This document shows positions 13,520 through 26,300 of a DNA stretch of 64,000 bases, piece by piece. Under the pieces are notes generated by a model. It saw only the letters and a program-made list of their open reading frames with translations. It made no database searches and was not told the origin of the DNA. This stretch comes from Oopsacas minuta. Taxonomy: Eukaryota; Animalia; Porifera. Within the stretch, counting starts at the first letter, position 1, and every line of letters begins with the position of its first letter. Location of the stretch: positions 798,846-862,845 of the forward strand of contig JAKMXF010000099.1 in NCBI GenBank assembly GCA_024704765.1. Direction: 5' to 3'. A program made the translations under genes and the position numbers.

Positions 13520-13985
13520 ATATGTTGATATATTTATGAATCTAAAAGTAAACAAATTGGCCAAATTTTCGAATATAAATACAGGCTTGCTCTAAACGGC
13601 TACCCAGGATTCTCTAGTCTCTCATAGGCAAAATTGTTGTTTTATGAATATAAAGTAAACAAATAGCTGAAATCTCCAAATATACGTAGATACTAGCTCT
13701 CAACAGACATATACGGTAATCAGGTACGCTAAATCCGAATTTTGAAATTATAAGTCTTTCATATGCAAATTTATTGTTGTTTTTATGAATATAAAGTTAC
13801 TAATAGTTGAAATCCTAAAATATACGCAGAGACCTGCTGTTATCGGCTACCAAAGGATAACAAAGTAAGCTGAAACTGATTATTGGCATTTTCAAATTTC
13901 TCTTATGTAAAGTTATTTGTTGTTTATATGACTATTACAGTGAACAAATAGTAGAAATCTTAACAATTACGCAGAGACCTGCTCA
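13520..13985. repeat. Four diverged tandem units of about 110-140 bp
   Basis: TTGTTG(T)TTTATGAATATAAAGTAAACAAATAG.TGAAATC recurs near 13530, 13640, 13780 and 13920. The same unit occurs at 18110-18150 and about 18370. Confidence 0.7.
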
Positions 13986-14939
13986 GGTATTCCACATCGT
14001 AAGAGAAGGTATAAAAGTTGTATACAGTATAGCCATAGAACAACGCTTTCGAGGGCGTCCCATGCATTTATCAACTCGAAGACAATCTTGTTCTTGAAAT
14101 GTTGTAGGAGACAATCCAAGTGGGTGAATGCTTGGGAGATCCCTGGATAAGTTGGACTAACTGGTGTCTGAGATGTAGATTCAGATTGAGGGAAACCTAC
14201 CGGTCCTAAACCGAACCGTCACTCCCCCTCCTTGCGGCTCATACCTACACGCAGTAGTGTCGAGAATGTGGCCAGGGGTGCAAAAATTTAGTGAGCACGG
14301 GCCTAGGGTCGGATCTCACTAGATTTTCCCTCTCTCCCACCTAATACAGGTCCGGCGTTTCTAGAATCAATTCAAACCTTCATGCGAGTTTTCAAAAATT
14401 ATACCTATTTATGTTATATCCCAGTATAGAGCTCGCATTTCCTCTTTACATTGGAAAGAACCATGTATACCCTACAAATATTTCTCGCTCGTTGCGCTCC
14501 GAGTTCAGATAGTCAATGTACACTTGAATAATTTGGAAAGGAGAAACATGTGATTATATAGACTGTAACGGAAATCCCTCTACACTTAAATAAGAACTGT
14601 TGATTTACACCACATAATGTACATACTTTAGGAGTTTAGATTATTGCGCTCATAATCAGTTAGTGTCTCAACTAAAATTCATGTACAAATCTACTAAATC
14701 CCTGTACGTCTGTACAGAGCAACAGATATATGCAGAATCTTGTACGATTAGCCATTAGCAGTAAGTATATGCCAGGAATGCCAACTGTAGCAATTGTTTT
14801 TGATTTCCAAAGCAATTCATTTAGCGAGATAGCATTGACTTAAAAACTTGATTGACACAATGTACCAGTAACTTCCAAATGTAAGACAATATTTGTGTGA
14901 AATATACCGTGGACCCGGATACAAATTTTACACAGGTCT

Positions 14940-17520
14940 GACAGTTCTGTATAACGACAGATGAGAATAGAATAATTGAAAACAATAGTTGATATGGATG
15001 GAATGTGAACACATTCCTGTGTTGCTAAGGAAAGGTCTGTTTATTTATAGAAGCTATAACTCAGAACCTATGAATGCTATGGCCCTCAACTTTATGCCAA
15101 TAGTTCCGCAATAGTCAACTTCCTATTTACTAATAATATATTTCATTAGATTTCAGTTGATATTTGAGATATTTCGACATTTGCACATATTATATGACTA
15201 CCATCTATATAACAACTGTCAATTTATCTTAGAGGGTATGAACAAAAGCAGATAAACTATGTTATTTGTGAATAGGATGTTGACTATTACAGAACTACTG
15301 GTATACATTTTAGGACCAAATCACTCATAGTTTTTGAGCTATAACTAAAACAAATGAAAAAGGTTCTCTTGGCAACACAGGACTCTGTTCACATTCGATT
15401 CATATCAACTACAGGGTGTAACAAAAGTCTTGGCCGGTTCTCAATCGTAGATGGATTTAATATATACTAGTAATTATAGCATACAACGGAAATGCTAGTT
15501 GACTGATAGTTACTATATAGTAACTACATTTATACTATAGGCATATTGAATATCTACAACACTGCTCTCGAATTTCTTTTAGCATATTTACCTTACCAGT
15601 TTGTTTCGGGAAAATGAATGTCGGTGATCACGGAGTCGAGCGCCGTTCTAAAGCAATTGGGAAGCTTGAAGGAGGCATTAGTCAAAAATAGGTAGCTACA
15701 CGTCGAAATGTGGGAATAAGATCAGTACGGAGATGGTGGAGTCAACACAAATGTGGTGAGACTATGGAGACTAAGCCTCGATGTGGACGGCCTCAAATTT
15801 TGAAACGGGTATCACGAATTGTGATTAAGAAATCCTTGGAGAAAAGGAGGTAATCAACCCGAAAATTTTTGAGGAGACTATCCATCAGGAAACCCCATAT
15901 CTCACATGACAATTCAGCGGCACTTAGCACAAAGGCTTGATGCCAGATCCTATAAACGTCCCAAATGGCCAAAAATTACACAAAAAATCAAGGAAAATCG
16001 ATTGAAATTCACTCGGGATCATGATAATTGGTCTTTTGAAGATTAGAATAATATGTTCTGGTCTGATGAATCAGCCTTTGAGTTATTTCATTCGCCAAAC
16101 AGACAGAATGATCGAGTATGGGCAATTGGTTGACAAAATATTGAGTCTATTTTTCAGGTCAAATTCCCAGCGAAATCATGGTCTGGGGAATGATGTCACA
16201 CAGAGCGCTGTCAGAACTGCACATTGTACCCCAATAACCAACCGTCAATGGAACCTACTATAGGAACTAAATATTGAAGAAAACCTGTCTGGATGCGATC
16301 GCTCGTAAAGCTAAAAGGGGTCAGTTATTGAGAGGTCCATGTTGGAAACATGTGAGAATTTCTGTTCATGCAGGATGGTGCCCCCGCACACACAACCAAT
16401 GTCACGCAGCATTGGTGTTCAGAGAAGTTCCCTCGGTTTTGGAAGAAAGGGGAGTAGCCAGCTATTTCTCCCAACTTGAATCCGATTGAAAATCTTTGGG
16501 GTATTACATATGAACGGTTGGATGAAATGGGCCAGGTCACCACGATTCAGGCCCTAATTGCAAACCTAAAAACGGCATGGAAGACGATTTCACCGAACTT
16601 ACTTCGAAACCTGGTGAATGGGATGCCTAATCGAATGAAATTAGTTTTAGAGAGATGGTGATTATATTGGTAAATAATTAGATATTGTGACCTTGAAATA
16701 TTTTATGTGAGCCACCATAATACAACCGGCCAAGACTTTTGTTACACCCTGTATTGTTTTAAAATATAATATTCGCCTCGGTCATTATATACAACTGTCA
16801 AGCACTAAAACACCGTGAACAAGGTTAAACATTGTTTGAGAAGCAACATTATTCGTTTTAAAAATAGCTCTTGCGAAATCACATGATGAGAAATCATATT
16901 TCACAATCGAAATACATACTTCGCTATCACATCCCTATATGTCCTAAAATACATACCTCTGCTCTAGAACATATATTTCTGGAGATATGTGATAAAAGCA
17001 TTTCCTGTTGGCCTTTCGTTTTCAAGCCTTCTTGGTGTCATATACAGTATTATATTTAAGTAGACCTTAGGCCATGCTGCGCCATTTAGTATGTTACTTA
17101 AGCTAAGAGTCCCCGAAAATTTGGCTGCATAACAAGGAATAGAGGCATTCATGAAGAAAAAATTATTTACACCCATAACCTTAGGAAATGGAATTATTCA
17201 TTATTGGACTATGGATAAAATATAGAAAATGGAACTGAACAAAAATCTTAGAAGCTAAGTTTAAGAATTAACTATTGGGAATATATTTCGACTCTCATGA
17301 AAGGCTATGCAATATGTAGACTGGTATTCAATTATTAAATTACAGATAATTCCTTATGCAAAAGAAGAAGCTACTTATCAAGGGCTACTAAAGAAGGAAA
17401 CGAAGTAGGAGTCTTTAATTTAACAAAATTCTTGATATTTTGGCCGTTTTGGAGGTCGTGTCTTATCACCCCTCTCTTAGAGTGAAATTTGTAATGTAAA
17501 GTAAAACGAGTAGTATATAC
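14940..17520. mobile_element. Foldback-type repeat family member, interrupted by a DD37E element
   Basis: About 14940-15140 is the inverse of 15255-15411 continuing at 16754-16800, with the Tc1-like insertion at a TA in this arm. 15150-15411 + 16754-17520 is matched in inverted orientation by about 37270-38340. Confidence 0.7.
15412..16751 (+). mobile_element. Tc1-related DD37E transposon, defective
   Basis: Perfect TIR CAGGGTGTAACAAAAGTCTTGGCCGGTT with TA TSD. Motifs GRP, WSDES and QDGAPAHT..SPNLNPIE with 37 residues between D and E. In-frame stops. Confidence 0.93.
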
Positions 17521-17699
17521 TATTTGTTCATTCATTAGTATAGAGTTACACCAAAGGATTCTTCATGCATGCTAATACTGTTGCCAGAAAAAGTCTTCAA
17601 AATTATTTCTATTAATGTTATAGGCATTTGAATTTGAATATATAAAGATTATGATTTGTTCTTTGATGTCAATTGAAAGCTACCTGTGTTATTCATATA

Positions 17700-17881
17700 C
17701 AGTAGAACCTCGTTAATACGTACGCCAAGGGACCGTCGAGATTTGTACTCCTTATATGAAGTAGGTGTTAACCGGAGCATAAACAATTGAAAACTCATTT
17801 TACAGACTAAAATTGTGTAAATACAGTTCTTCTTAACCGGAAATTCGTATTAAATGTGTTCGTATTAACGCGGTTTCACTG
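17700..17881. mobile_element. pogo-like MITE
   Basis: TA+CAGTAGAACCTCGTTAATACG ... CGTATTAACGCGGTTTCACTG; 182 bp. Confidence 0.7.
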
Positions 17882-18015
17882 TGTTCGAGATTCGTAGAAA
17901 TTAGACATCAAAGCATAAATATGTGATTACTAATAGTCAATTGTTATGCATTATTATAACTTTCTTAAGCACTACTAGTAGATTGTTATTACGTCACATT
18001 TATTAGAATCCTTAA

Positions 18016-20143
18016 AATAGTCGTAGATATTTGTTTTAAAACGGCTGTCCATGTGTAATCAATCCCGCGAATCCGAATTTCGCATTTTCTATTTTCTCAA
18101 ATGTATATTTATTGTTGATTTTATGAATATAAGGTAAACACAGATTTCGAATCTTAATTTAATAATAGATTTGCTCTCAACGGATATATGAGGGTGACAA
18201 ATTTTGATGAATCAATGGCCTAAGGAACAAAATATAATTCGTCCGCAAAGGGGGGTGATTTGAGATTATTTAAAAATAATATATCGGGGATAGAGTATTA
18301 TATGACACAGGTGCTACCAGTCCAGATTGTACTTTTATCCTGACAACTTTTTGATATTATTTATCGTCATTCTTATGAATGTATAGTACACAGATAGTTG
18401 AATTATCAAAAGTTTAGGGGAGTTCCCATTCCAGGATGTTTTTGTATTATTACATAGTTTGAGTCCAATTCTAATTGAAAATGTGTCCCGATTAAACGAA
18501 GTGAACTGTATAGGGTAATTAAGTATGTTGAATCCGAATATCGCATATTTGAGTATCTTATGTTTAAGTTTATTGTTGTACTTTGGACATTCAAAAAGGT
18601 CCATCTTTGTTGAATATCTGGATAATACAACCACTTACTAATCAAAATTCTACAAAAAACGTTGGAAATACTCCCCCTCTACATCTATGCATAGTTGTAG
18701 CTTTTCAACCCACTTTGAAAATGATTTTGTGTACTCGTCTCTGTCTACTGAATTGAGGTAGTGTTAAAGTCAGTTTCCTAGCTCTTGTCGGGTATGAAAT
18801 AGCAACCTCCGAGATATTTTTCAGCTCAAGAAATAGCTAGAAATCACCAGGTGATAAATTTGGGGAATACGGATGATGTTTCATCGTTTCAAACCCGATA
18901 TCCTCAATGACTTCCCTAACATATTTTGAAACATGAAGTCTGGCATTATCGTGGAGAAGTTTGATTCCTCGAGTTCTTGAACGTTGACGTCGTGTTTTAT
19001 AGAGTTTCTCGACTTCTCTTAGGCATATATCTGCGTAAAATTCTCCATTGATTCGTTCCCATTTAGGCACTGGTATTTGAGCCACTGGCCCATACGCATC
19101 AAAAAATATCTCTAGAGAACCTTATCGTCTCGGAAGTCCGGACGTACCTTTTCGGGGGGATGATAACGGGGCGCATGCAATAGGTCAAATTTTGATGTTG
19201 TCGATATAGAGAATTCATTTTGGCTATGCAGTCGATATATTGAATTGTATTTTTGCTATGTTGTCAATAGATCGAATTGTATTTCAGCTATGTTGCCGAT
19301 AGTTCGAATTTACTGATTGATAACAAATGAATAATCTTGAAAATCATAATACTGAATGAAGAGGATGAAATAGAATGAAAAACATAATAATGAATGACAT
19401 AGCTAAAATATTTCGATCTATCACAACATCAAAATTTCCTATTGCATGCCGCCCGTTATTATCCCCTCGAAAAGGCACGTCCGGACTTCCGAGACGATAA
19501 GGTTCTCTAGAGATATTTTTTGATGCGTATGGACCAGTGGCTCAAATACCAGTGCCTAAATGGGAACGAATCAATGGAGAATTTTACGCAGATATATGCC
19601 TAAGAGAAGTCGAGAAACTCTATAAAACACGACGTCAACGTTCAAGAACTCGAGGAATCAAACTTCTCCACGATAATGCCAGACTTCATGTTTCAAAATA
19701 TGTTAGGGAAGTCATTGAGGATATCGGGTTTGAAACGATGAAACATCATCCGTATTCCCCAAATTTATCACCTGGTGATTTCTAGCTATTTCTTGAGCTG
19801 AAAAATATCTCGGAGGTTGCTATTTCATACCCGACAAGAGCTAGGAAACTGACTTTAACACTACCTCAATTCAGTAGACAGAGACGAGTACACAAAATCA
19901 TTCTCAAAGTGGGTTGAAAAGCTACAACTATGCATAGATGTAGAGGGGGAGTATTTCCAACGTTTTTTGTAGAATTTTGATTAGTAAGTGGTTGTATTAT
20001 CCAGATATTCAACAAAGATGGACCTTTTTGAATGTCCAAAGTACGACAATAAACTTAAACATAAGATACTCAAATATGCGAAATTCGGATTCGTGGGCTT
20101 GATTACGCATGGTAGCCGTTTACAACAAATATCTACGACTATT
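18016..20143. mobile_element. Foldback element whose arms both contain the 3' half of a mariner (DD34D)
   Basis: Near-perfect inverted arms about 18530-19210 and 19410-20091; identical 82-aa ORFs (LLHDNARLH..HHPYSPNLSPGDF) on opposite strands. Mariner end TA+CTTTGGACATTCAAAAAGG at 18581 and 20041. Outer inverted termini AATAGTCGTAGATATTTGTT at 18016 and 20143. Confidence 0.9.
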
Positions 20144-20205
20144 GTATTTTTCAACTATTCACTGACTACATCTATAATGATGAAATACGTTGATTTATAT
20201 GAGTA

Positions 20206-21390
20206 CAGGGCCGCATTAAGGGTCTTCTGGGCCTTGGTGAGGACCAAAATTTTGGGCCCCCATGTGTCTTACATCGAACCGACCCCACAGTTTTCAGAAT
20301 CAAATTAGCCCACAATATATTCGTCCTATATAAACGCACACAACAGAAACAACTTTTTACATAGGCTTTATACGGCACTTATCTTGCGAGTTCATCTATC
20401 GCAATTCTGAAATCAAGCTTGCTCAACATCTCGTGCTCTATGATCATAAGGGTATGGCCAAACATTGTTGGCCCATGGTCGATAGTAATTGCTTCTTGGT
20501 TCGAGCCAGGTTTGCAAAGGAGCGCTCACCTTCACAGTTTGTAATCGTCATACAGAGGTAGATGCGAAACATTATGTAGGTTCTGAAATGTCTGATCTAA
20601 GCATAGTTCTGTGAGTAAAGGAATAAACGCAGCTCGTAGCCAATTTTAACTTCTGGTTCTTTAGAAGCCAAGACCCACTAACCCTGTTCTGATTTAACAA
20701 AACTAACGAACTGAATTAGCTCAACAGAGAGATTATCCTCCCAAACTTCTGGGTATTAGCGAACCAGCAGCTCAGCTGCAACTGTGATATCACCACTTGA
20801 AGACTTGTGGAGATTGCTGAGGAAAGCTGTACTTGGCGCAGATGGCTTCGTAGGCATTCAGCCGATGCTGCAGTGCGCTTAGTGTGCTGTCCATGATAGA
20901 AAAGAATCTCTACCCAAAACCGTTCCCTGGGTCCAGGACTGCTTCCTCTCCTGTTCCAAACTCCCATTGAACATTCCTCTTTCACACACGCTTCTTTTCT
21001 GCCGTATATTCTTCATGTCCAACTCGCTCTACGCCACAGGCCTCAAAACGGTGGAACTGGTTCCTCTGTCATATCTGTATCATAAACTCACTAATATCAC
21101 TTTGTTCTGGTGACTGAGATTGATTATTGTGAAACTATTGATAACAAATTTTAATCTAATGAAGTACCCATTACCTTCCGAAAATCCTCATATTACACCA
21201 TTTGGGGTAATCACCCTAGCTGGTATTGTATAATCAAGTATGTGCAATCTCTTATCATACTGCAGCGGGCATCTTCCGTTTGGCTCTTTTGCGAATCTAC
21301 AAGAGAGAAATTTCTCCAGGCCGGCTATGACTATGCCTGAGCGGGCCCGGGTGATGCAGCATCCATAGCTTCCCCCTTAATACGGCCTTG
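20206..21390 (-). mobile_element. Internally deleted hAT element (ZMYM1-like transposase C-terminus)
   Basis: TIR-like ends CAGGGCCGCATTAAGG / CCTTAATACGGCCTTG. Minus strand reads FRIYLCMTITNCEGERSFANLARTKKQLLSTMGQ (hAT dimerisation domain). The 8-bp TSD is not preserved. Confidence 0.75.
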
Positions 21391-21399
21391 ACGGGATTT

Positions 21400-21720
21400 T
21401 GACAAATTATTATCATCTATGGTAACCACTGTAACTCAAAAACTTGCCAACTTTATCATGACCAATTTTTAAAAGTTTTACAAAACATCTTTACATCTTT
21501 TCGTACTCTAATTTTGAATTTTAAAAGATGCGAGATTTAACGTTCTACAGCTCATCAAAGATTAGCGATAATGCGTACTAAGCAAAGAAATTGGGACAAA
21601 TTAAAAAATTGCTTTTTTGATTTGGAGACTTGATATTCTACATATCTATAATACATTTAGTTTGGGCATAAATGTACTGTTTTGTGCGCTATGAAACCAT
21701 TCTAGAATTTGACTCGACTA
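21400..21720. repeat. Interspersed non-coding repeat family; other copies at about 1230-1560 and 22990-23230
   Basis: Shared blocks TGACAAATTATTA..AT..ATGGT, CATCTTTACATC.TTTCGTAC and AAAGATGCGA.ATTTAACGTTCTACA in all copies. Confidence 0.65.
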
Positions 21721-23397
21721 TTGGTGATAGCGAATTAACATGTTTTAAGCACTTGATATTTCCAATTATACTCCGGTTTTATCAAATTTGATAAAATCAG
21801 TGCTAGAGTTCTGAAAATTTGGTTTTAAGTTGTTTGGGTGTAGGTTTCGTGCTAATATTACATTTTTCTAACCAATGTTGGATCATTTAGAATAAATTAG
21901 TGAATATATTTTTCAAGTGATATATTCAGCAAGGTTCATCCTGATTCTCAAGTGCCATACGCCTAAAATAGCACCCACATTTTTTAATAGGAGCCGTAGA
22001 GACATATTAGCTGATATTCATGCGCCTATAGGCGCGCAGCATACGACTTGATAATACCTTGCATATCAGACTAGTGAATTCAAGGCACATAATGTTCAGT
22101 ATATCCTATAGCTGGAGAGTAACTATCATGATGCCAAAAAAGTCAAATTTGAGTAAGGTGGGACTGTGGTTGAATGGTATTACGTTTCATAATTTCACGT
22201 CAACACACAAACAGTCCTACAATAGAAACGGAAAATCAATAATGGACAAGGTTATGATTATATACTGAATGTATTCAAGTTGAGTTGAGAATTAATTGAA
22301 AATCCGTGTGCGGATTTTATTGGAGAATATATAATTATTTTCTAACAAACTGACGGAGTGTGTAACGATAACCACCACAGTCGAGACGCGAATTGCAAAG
22401 CAAGACACAAAATATTTCCGCGAAGAATAGAAACGGCGAACGGCAAACTGCCGAACTACTTGGCTTGTCTCTATCACGGTTTGGTATATAGATATATTAT
22501 TCTTCTATTTAAATGCGGATAAATAGAAGAATAATATACATATATATATCAAACCATGACCTACGGAATATTTGGAGGCCATGGCACTGGTTCCGAAAAT
22601 AGACCAAGGATGTGTGACTAGGTCGAATGGTATCTAAGGATATTTCAGAACAGCTCATTTTGCCCAATAATGCATATTTGTTGAAGAAGAAATTGTACAG
22701 CACGATATGCAAATATATCTCAGGAATGTGGCAAAATATGTCTACTAAGCATTAAATAGGGAAAATTTCATTCTTTGATTCCTTGTAAAAACATAAGTAT
22801 TGCATCATTCATCCCATGTCCGTATATGAATTGATCAATAGATAGTTTTATGCGAAATACCAAAATTGCACTACAAAAGTTGGCTCGTTCTTGAGTTACT
22901 TTAGAGACCAGGGATGGCACATTTTTATGAATATCCAATTATATCTTATGTAATAATTAAAATTTTCTTAAAATCTGGATAGCCAATAGGCAGTAAATAC
23001 AAATATGCTATCCCTTGTCTGTAATTGTAACTCAAGAAATCGTCAACTTTGGTATTACAAATATTTCGTAAAGATATCTATTGATTATTATATATATGTA
23101 CATTGAAATGAAAGATGGAAGATTTAACGTTTTAGAAGGCATCAAAGAAACACATATTTTGCCAAATTCTTGAGATATTTTGGTATATCATACATGAAAA
23201 TTTGTTCCTCTACTAGTATGGAATACATTTATAGTCGAAAATGAGCCGTTTCTGAAATAATAGTCACCCTAGATATTAGCCGGCCTGGTCACATATCCCT
23301 GGCCCATTATTGGACGCCTTCTATTTCGTAGGTCACGATTAAACCTAAGGTGAGTACGTCAGAAATATAGATTATTAATATTAATTTATAATTAAAG

Positions 23398-26300
23398 TCA
23401 AAAATATAGTTTCTTCCTTAAATGACTAATATCCTCAGTACATTGTGAAAAAGTTTGAGATAGTAAAGAAACCCTGCGTCTGACTTCTGTCATTATGTGC
23501 AAAAATTCTTCATATCGACAATACTGTAATACTAAACAAAATGACTGAATGAATATCGAACCATGGGAAGTATGTCTGAATGATGAATATCGCTGCACAG
23601 TAGAATTTCCAATAAAAATATCAGAGAGGGCCGACAGATTTTCTGGTTCCTCATCAATAGATCCCGTTGGATTAAGCAAAATACGAAGTGGATGGATAGT
23701 CGGATGTAATTGTTCTTTTCCAGAAGTAGATATTTCACTATCTTCCCTCACTTGATTATTTTTCATTATGTTATTACCATACTCTGAAAAAAACATATAT
23801 TTTCGATGAGATAATTTATTTTCTCTAAGCTGAAATACTTCTATTTTAGACCCTCGACAGGCTTGAAGAATGAAAATCTTTGGTTTACCAGCTAAAGATT
23901 CACAGTAAATATTTGAAAATTCGGAGGTAATCTCATCTCGAGAAATTTTCTTTCCATCAGATAGCAAAATGTTGTCATCTTCGTCACCATGGGACATCAC
24001 AACACAAAAGAATGAATCATAAGAAGAATGGTCTAAACGAGCAATTTTTATAATCTCTTTCTTAAATTCTGCTTTAGTTAAGTTTTCTTTAGCAATGACA
24101 ACATATTGTAAATGTTCAAATGTGTCACGAAGTGATATGAGATCTAGTTTAGATCCTTTTCGAACTGATGCTTGATCAGTCGCAAATATTTCAATGTTCA
24201 CAAGAAATGCTATTCCGTGAGGATTTGAATTCATCCGATATCGATCATGATGAGGCTGTCTATCAATATTTTTGCTATTATGAAAGGTCAAAGGTGTTAT
24301 TAGTCCCTTACTGATATTCTTGTCAATTAAACTACGCAAAAACTGATGACCTGGGTTTCTATACTCTCTACATAGAACAACATACAATTTGACGGCCCAT
24401 AAGGGACCTTTATGAACTAATTCTTCCAGAAGATTAGCAGAATTTTCTACCTGAGAATAACCCTTGTTGTTTATAGCATAAATTCTTTCTGAACTAGCTA
24501 GGCCAAACTTATAGAGTAGAGGTGATAAGTCTTGGGAATTTATGTGCTGTATAAAGGTATCTTGATTATTGAAAATGAATTTTGCTATAGAAGTGTTATC
24601 ATAAAACTTGGTAATATAATCCAACAAAAAATCATTATCATTAAAAATGTGGTTCCAATTAATCTTACATTGTTTGTTGTAACACCATGATTCCCTAGCC
24701 CTAGAGTCCGTTAGCAACAATTGGTCCAAACAAATGCATGGATGCTCCATTCGATCCAAATCAGAAAGTCTGTCACAAGTACAATCTAATACAACTTTAG
24801 CCAAATTTCCACAAGGTATCAGTTTTCCCTGAATATCAATGATAAGCATCTGAAGAAAAATTAAGTAGTCCATTATCTCTGATTTATCATATTGATCTGC
24901 GTAAGGATTTTCTTGTTCCTCCAATGAGTTAATTTTGGAGAAATTAATTTGAATGTATGGTTTATCTATGCAAAATTCGATAGCAACCAGGAGAGAAGGA
25001 CAGACATAGAAAAAGGCACAGTCGAAGCCGAATATAGGAAGAGATAAGTTCTTTTCAACATTTCTACGGATGCAATAAGATAGGAGTGTAAAATAGAGGG
25101 ACGCGGGAATAAATCCGTCTGGGAAAAACAAGTAAAACGAAGAGAAAAATCGATGATTGGGTAGCAATGATACTAGTTTTTTTGAAGAAGTCGTGAAAAG
25201 ATAAGGAACGTAATAATAATTTGATAATCCTTCTTCAGATTGGCTATCAATCAAAATGCCGTATATTTTAAGTAAATCTAAAAGGGAATCTTTTAAAACC
25301 CTAAGATTGAGTGAATTTAAAATATATTCAAGCAAATTACATGACAATTTGGCCTCAGACTGGCAAATTCTCAGATCCCTAACTAAAATCTCGGTGTTTG
25401 TGTTGGTAAACCTTTCTAGAAGAGCACTACCATACTGCGGAGAAACAATATGATAAATAAGATCTAAAAATTTCTGAACGTCAGTTATAATTATTCCCTG
25501 CTTATAAAAGAAAAAACCAATATCGTGGAAAAGATGGAGAAAATATTCCAAATCTTTCAAACAACTGCAAGATTCAGCCAAAAAACATATTCGTCTGTGA
25601 TTTATAATTGGCAGCTCTTCTCGTAAAATAATATTTGCGAGCTCTATCCATTTAATAGGAATAGATTGCTGAAAAGCAATATGGTCAGAGAGTTGTTTAA
25701 CAATGTCTTTAAGTTTAGATATTCCAGATATGTAGGGAGATTCGGGTAGACAGCTTATCAAAAAAAGTCCATCATCTTCATGAACTAAACTGAAAGCATT
25801 ATTTCTTCTGTTCATGTGTGATCTTATAGTTTCTAAATGTTTCTCTGCTCGCTTTATAGGATTGATCACACAGTCAGATTTGCTGAATACGAAGATGATT
25901 TTAGCAGGTCTTTGGTAAATGTCATTCGATGCAGTTTTACTGACGGAAAATATGGCATTGAGCCAAAACTCAATAGCTTCCAAATAAGTAGTTGGCACAC
26001 CAATTTGTGATCTGAGAGTATGTCTGTCCATTCTCTCAGTCCTCACATTGATTGGGTTAGTAAGTTCATCAACTGATAAGTCTACCAGTAGTAAATAGAT
26101 AGCTCGGGGGGAAAGAAAGAGAGAATGAAAGCAATATAAATAATTCTGCCCTGCGAAATCCCATGCTGTTAGAAAGTTAGACTTTGATGATAGCTCGTCG
26201 GTTCCACGAAGTGTGGCATGAATTTTCTGGACTGGAATTGATTTGGCGAAATCTTTGGAGTTTTCTTCGAATAATGTCGGAGCAACAGCAGCGGAGTCCA

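Larger units (their letters stand above)
12310..14250. repeat. Direct repeat pair from the 5' part of the Kolobok element
   Basis: 12310-12478 plus 12995-13045 reappear contiguously at about 14025-14250 (ATGCATTTATCAACTCGAAGACA..CTTGTTCTTGA...; AAACCGAACCGTCA). The second copy reads DKCMGRPRKR on the minus strand. Confidence 0.75.

Noticed and set aside
13520-13985. CRISPR-like array
   Set aside because: Units are long and diverged throughout, with no identical short repeats or unique spacers; eukaryotic context and no cas genes.
22270-22500. GC-richer island resembling a promoter or TE 5' end
   Set aside because: No ORF, TIR, TSD or repeat partner could be tied to it.
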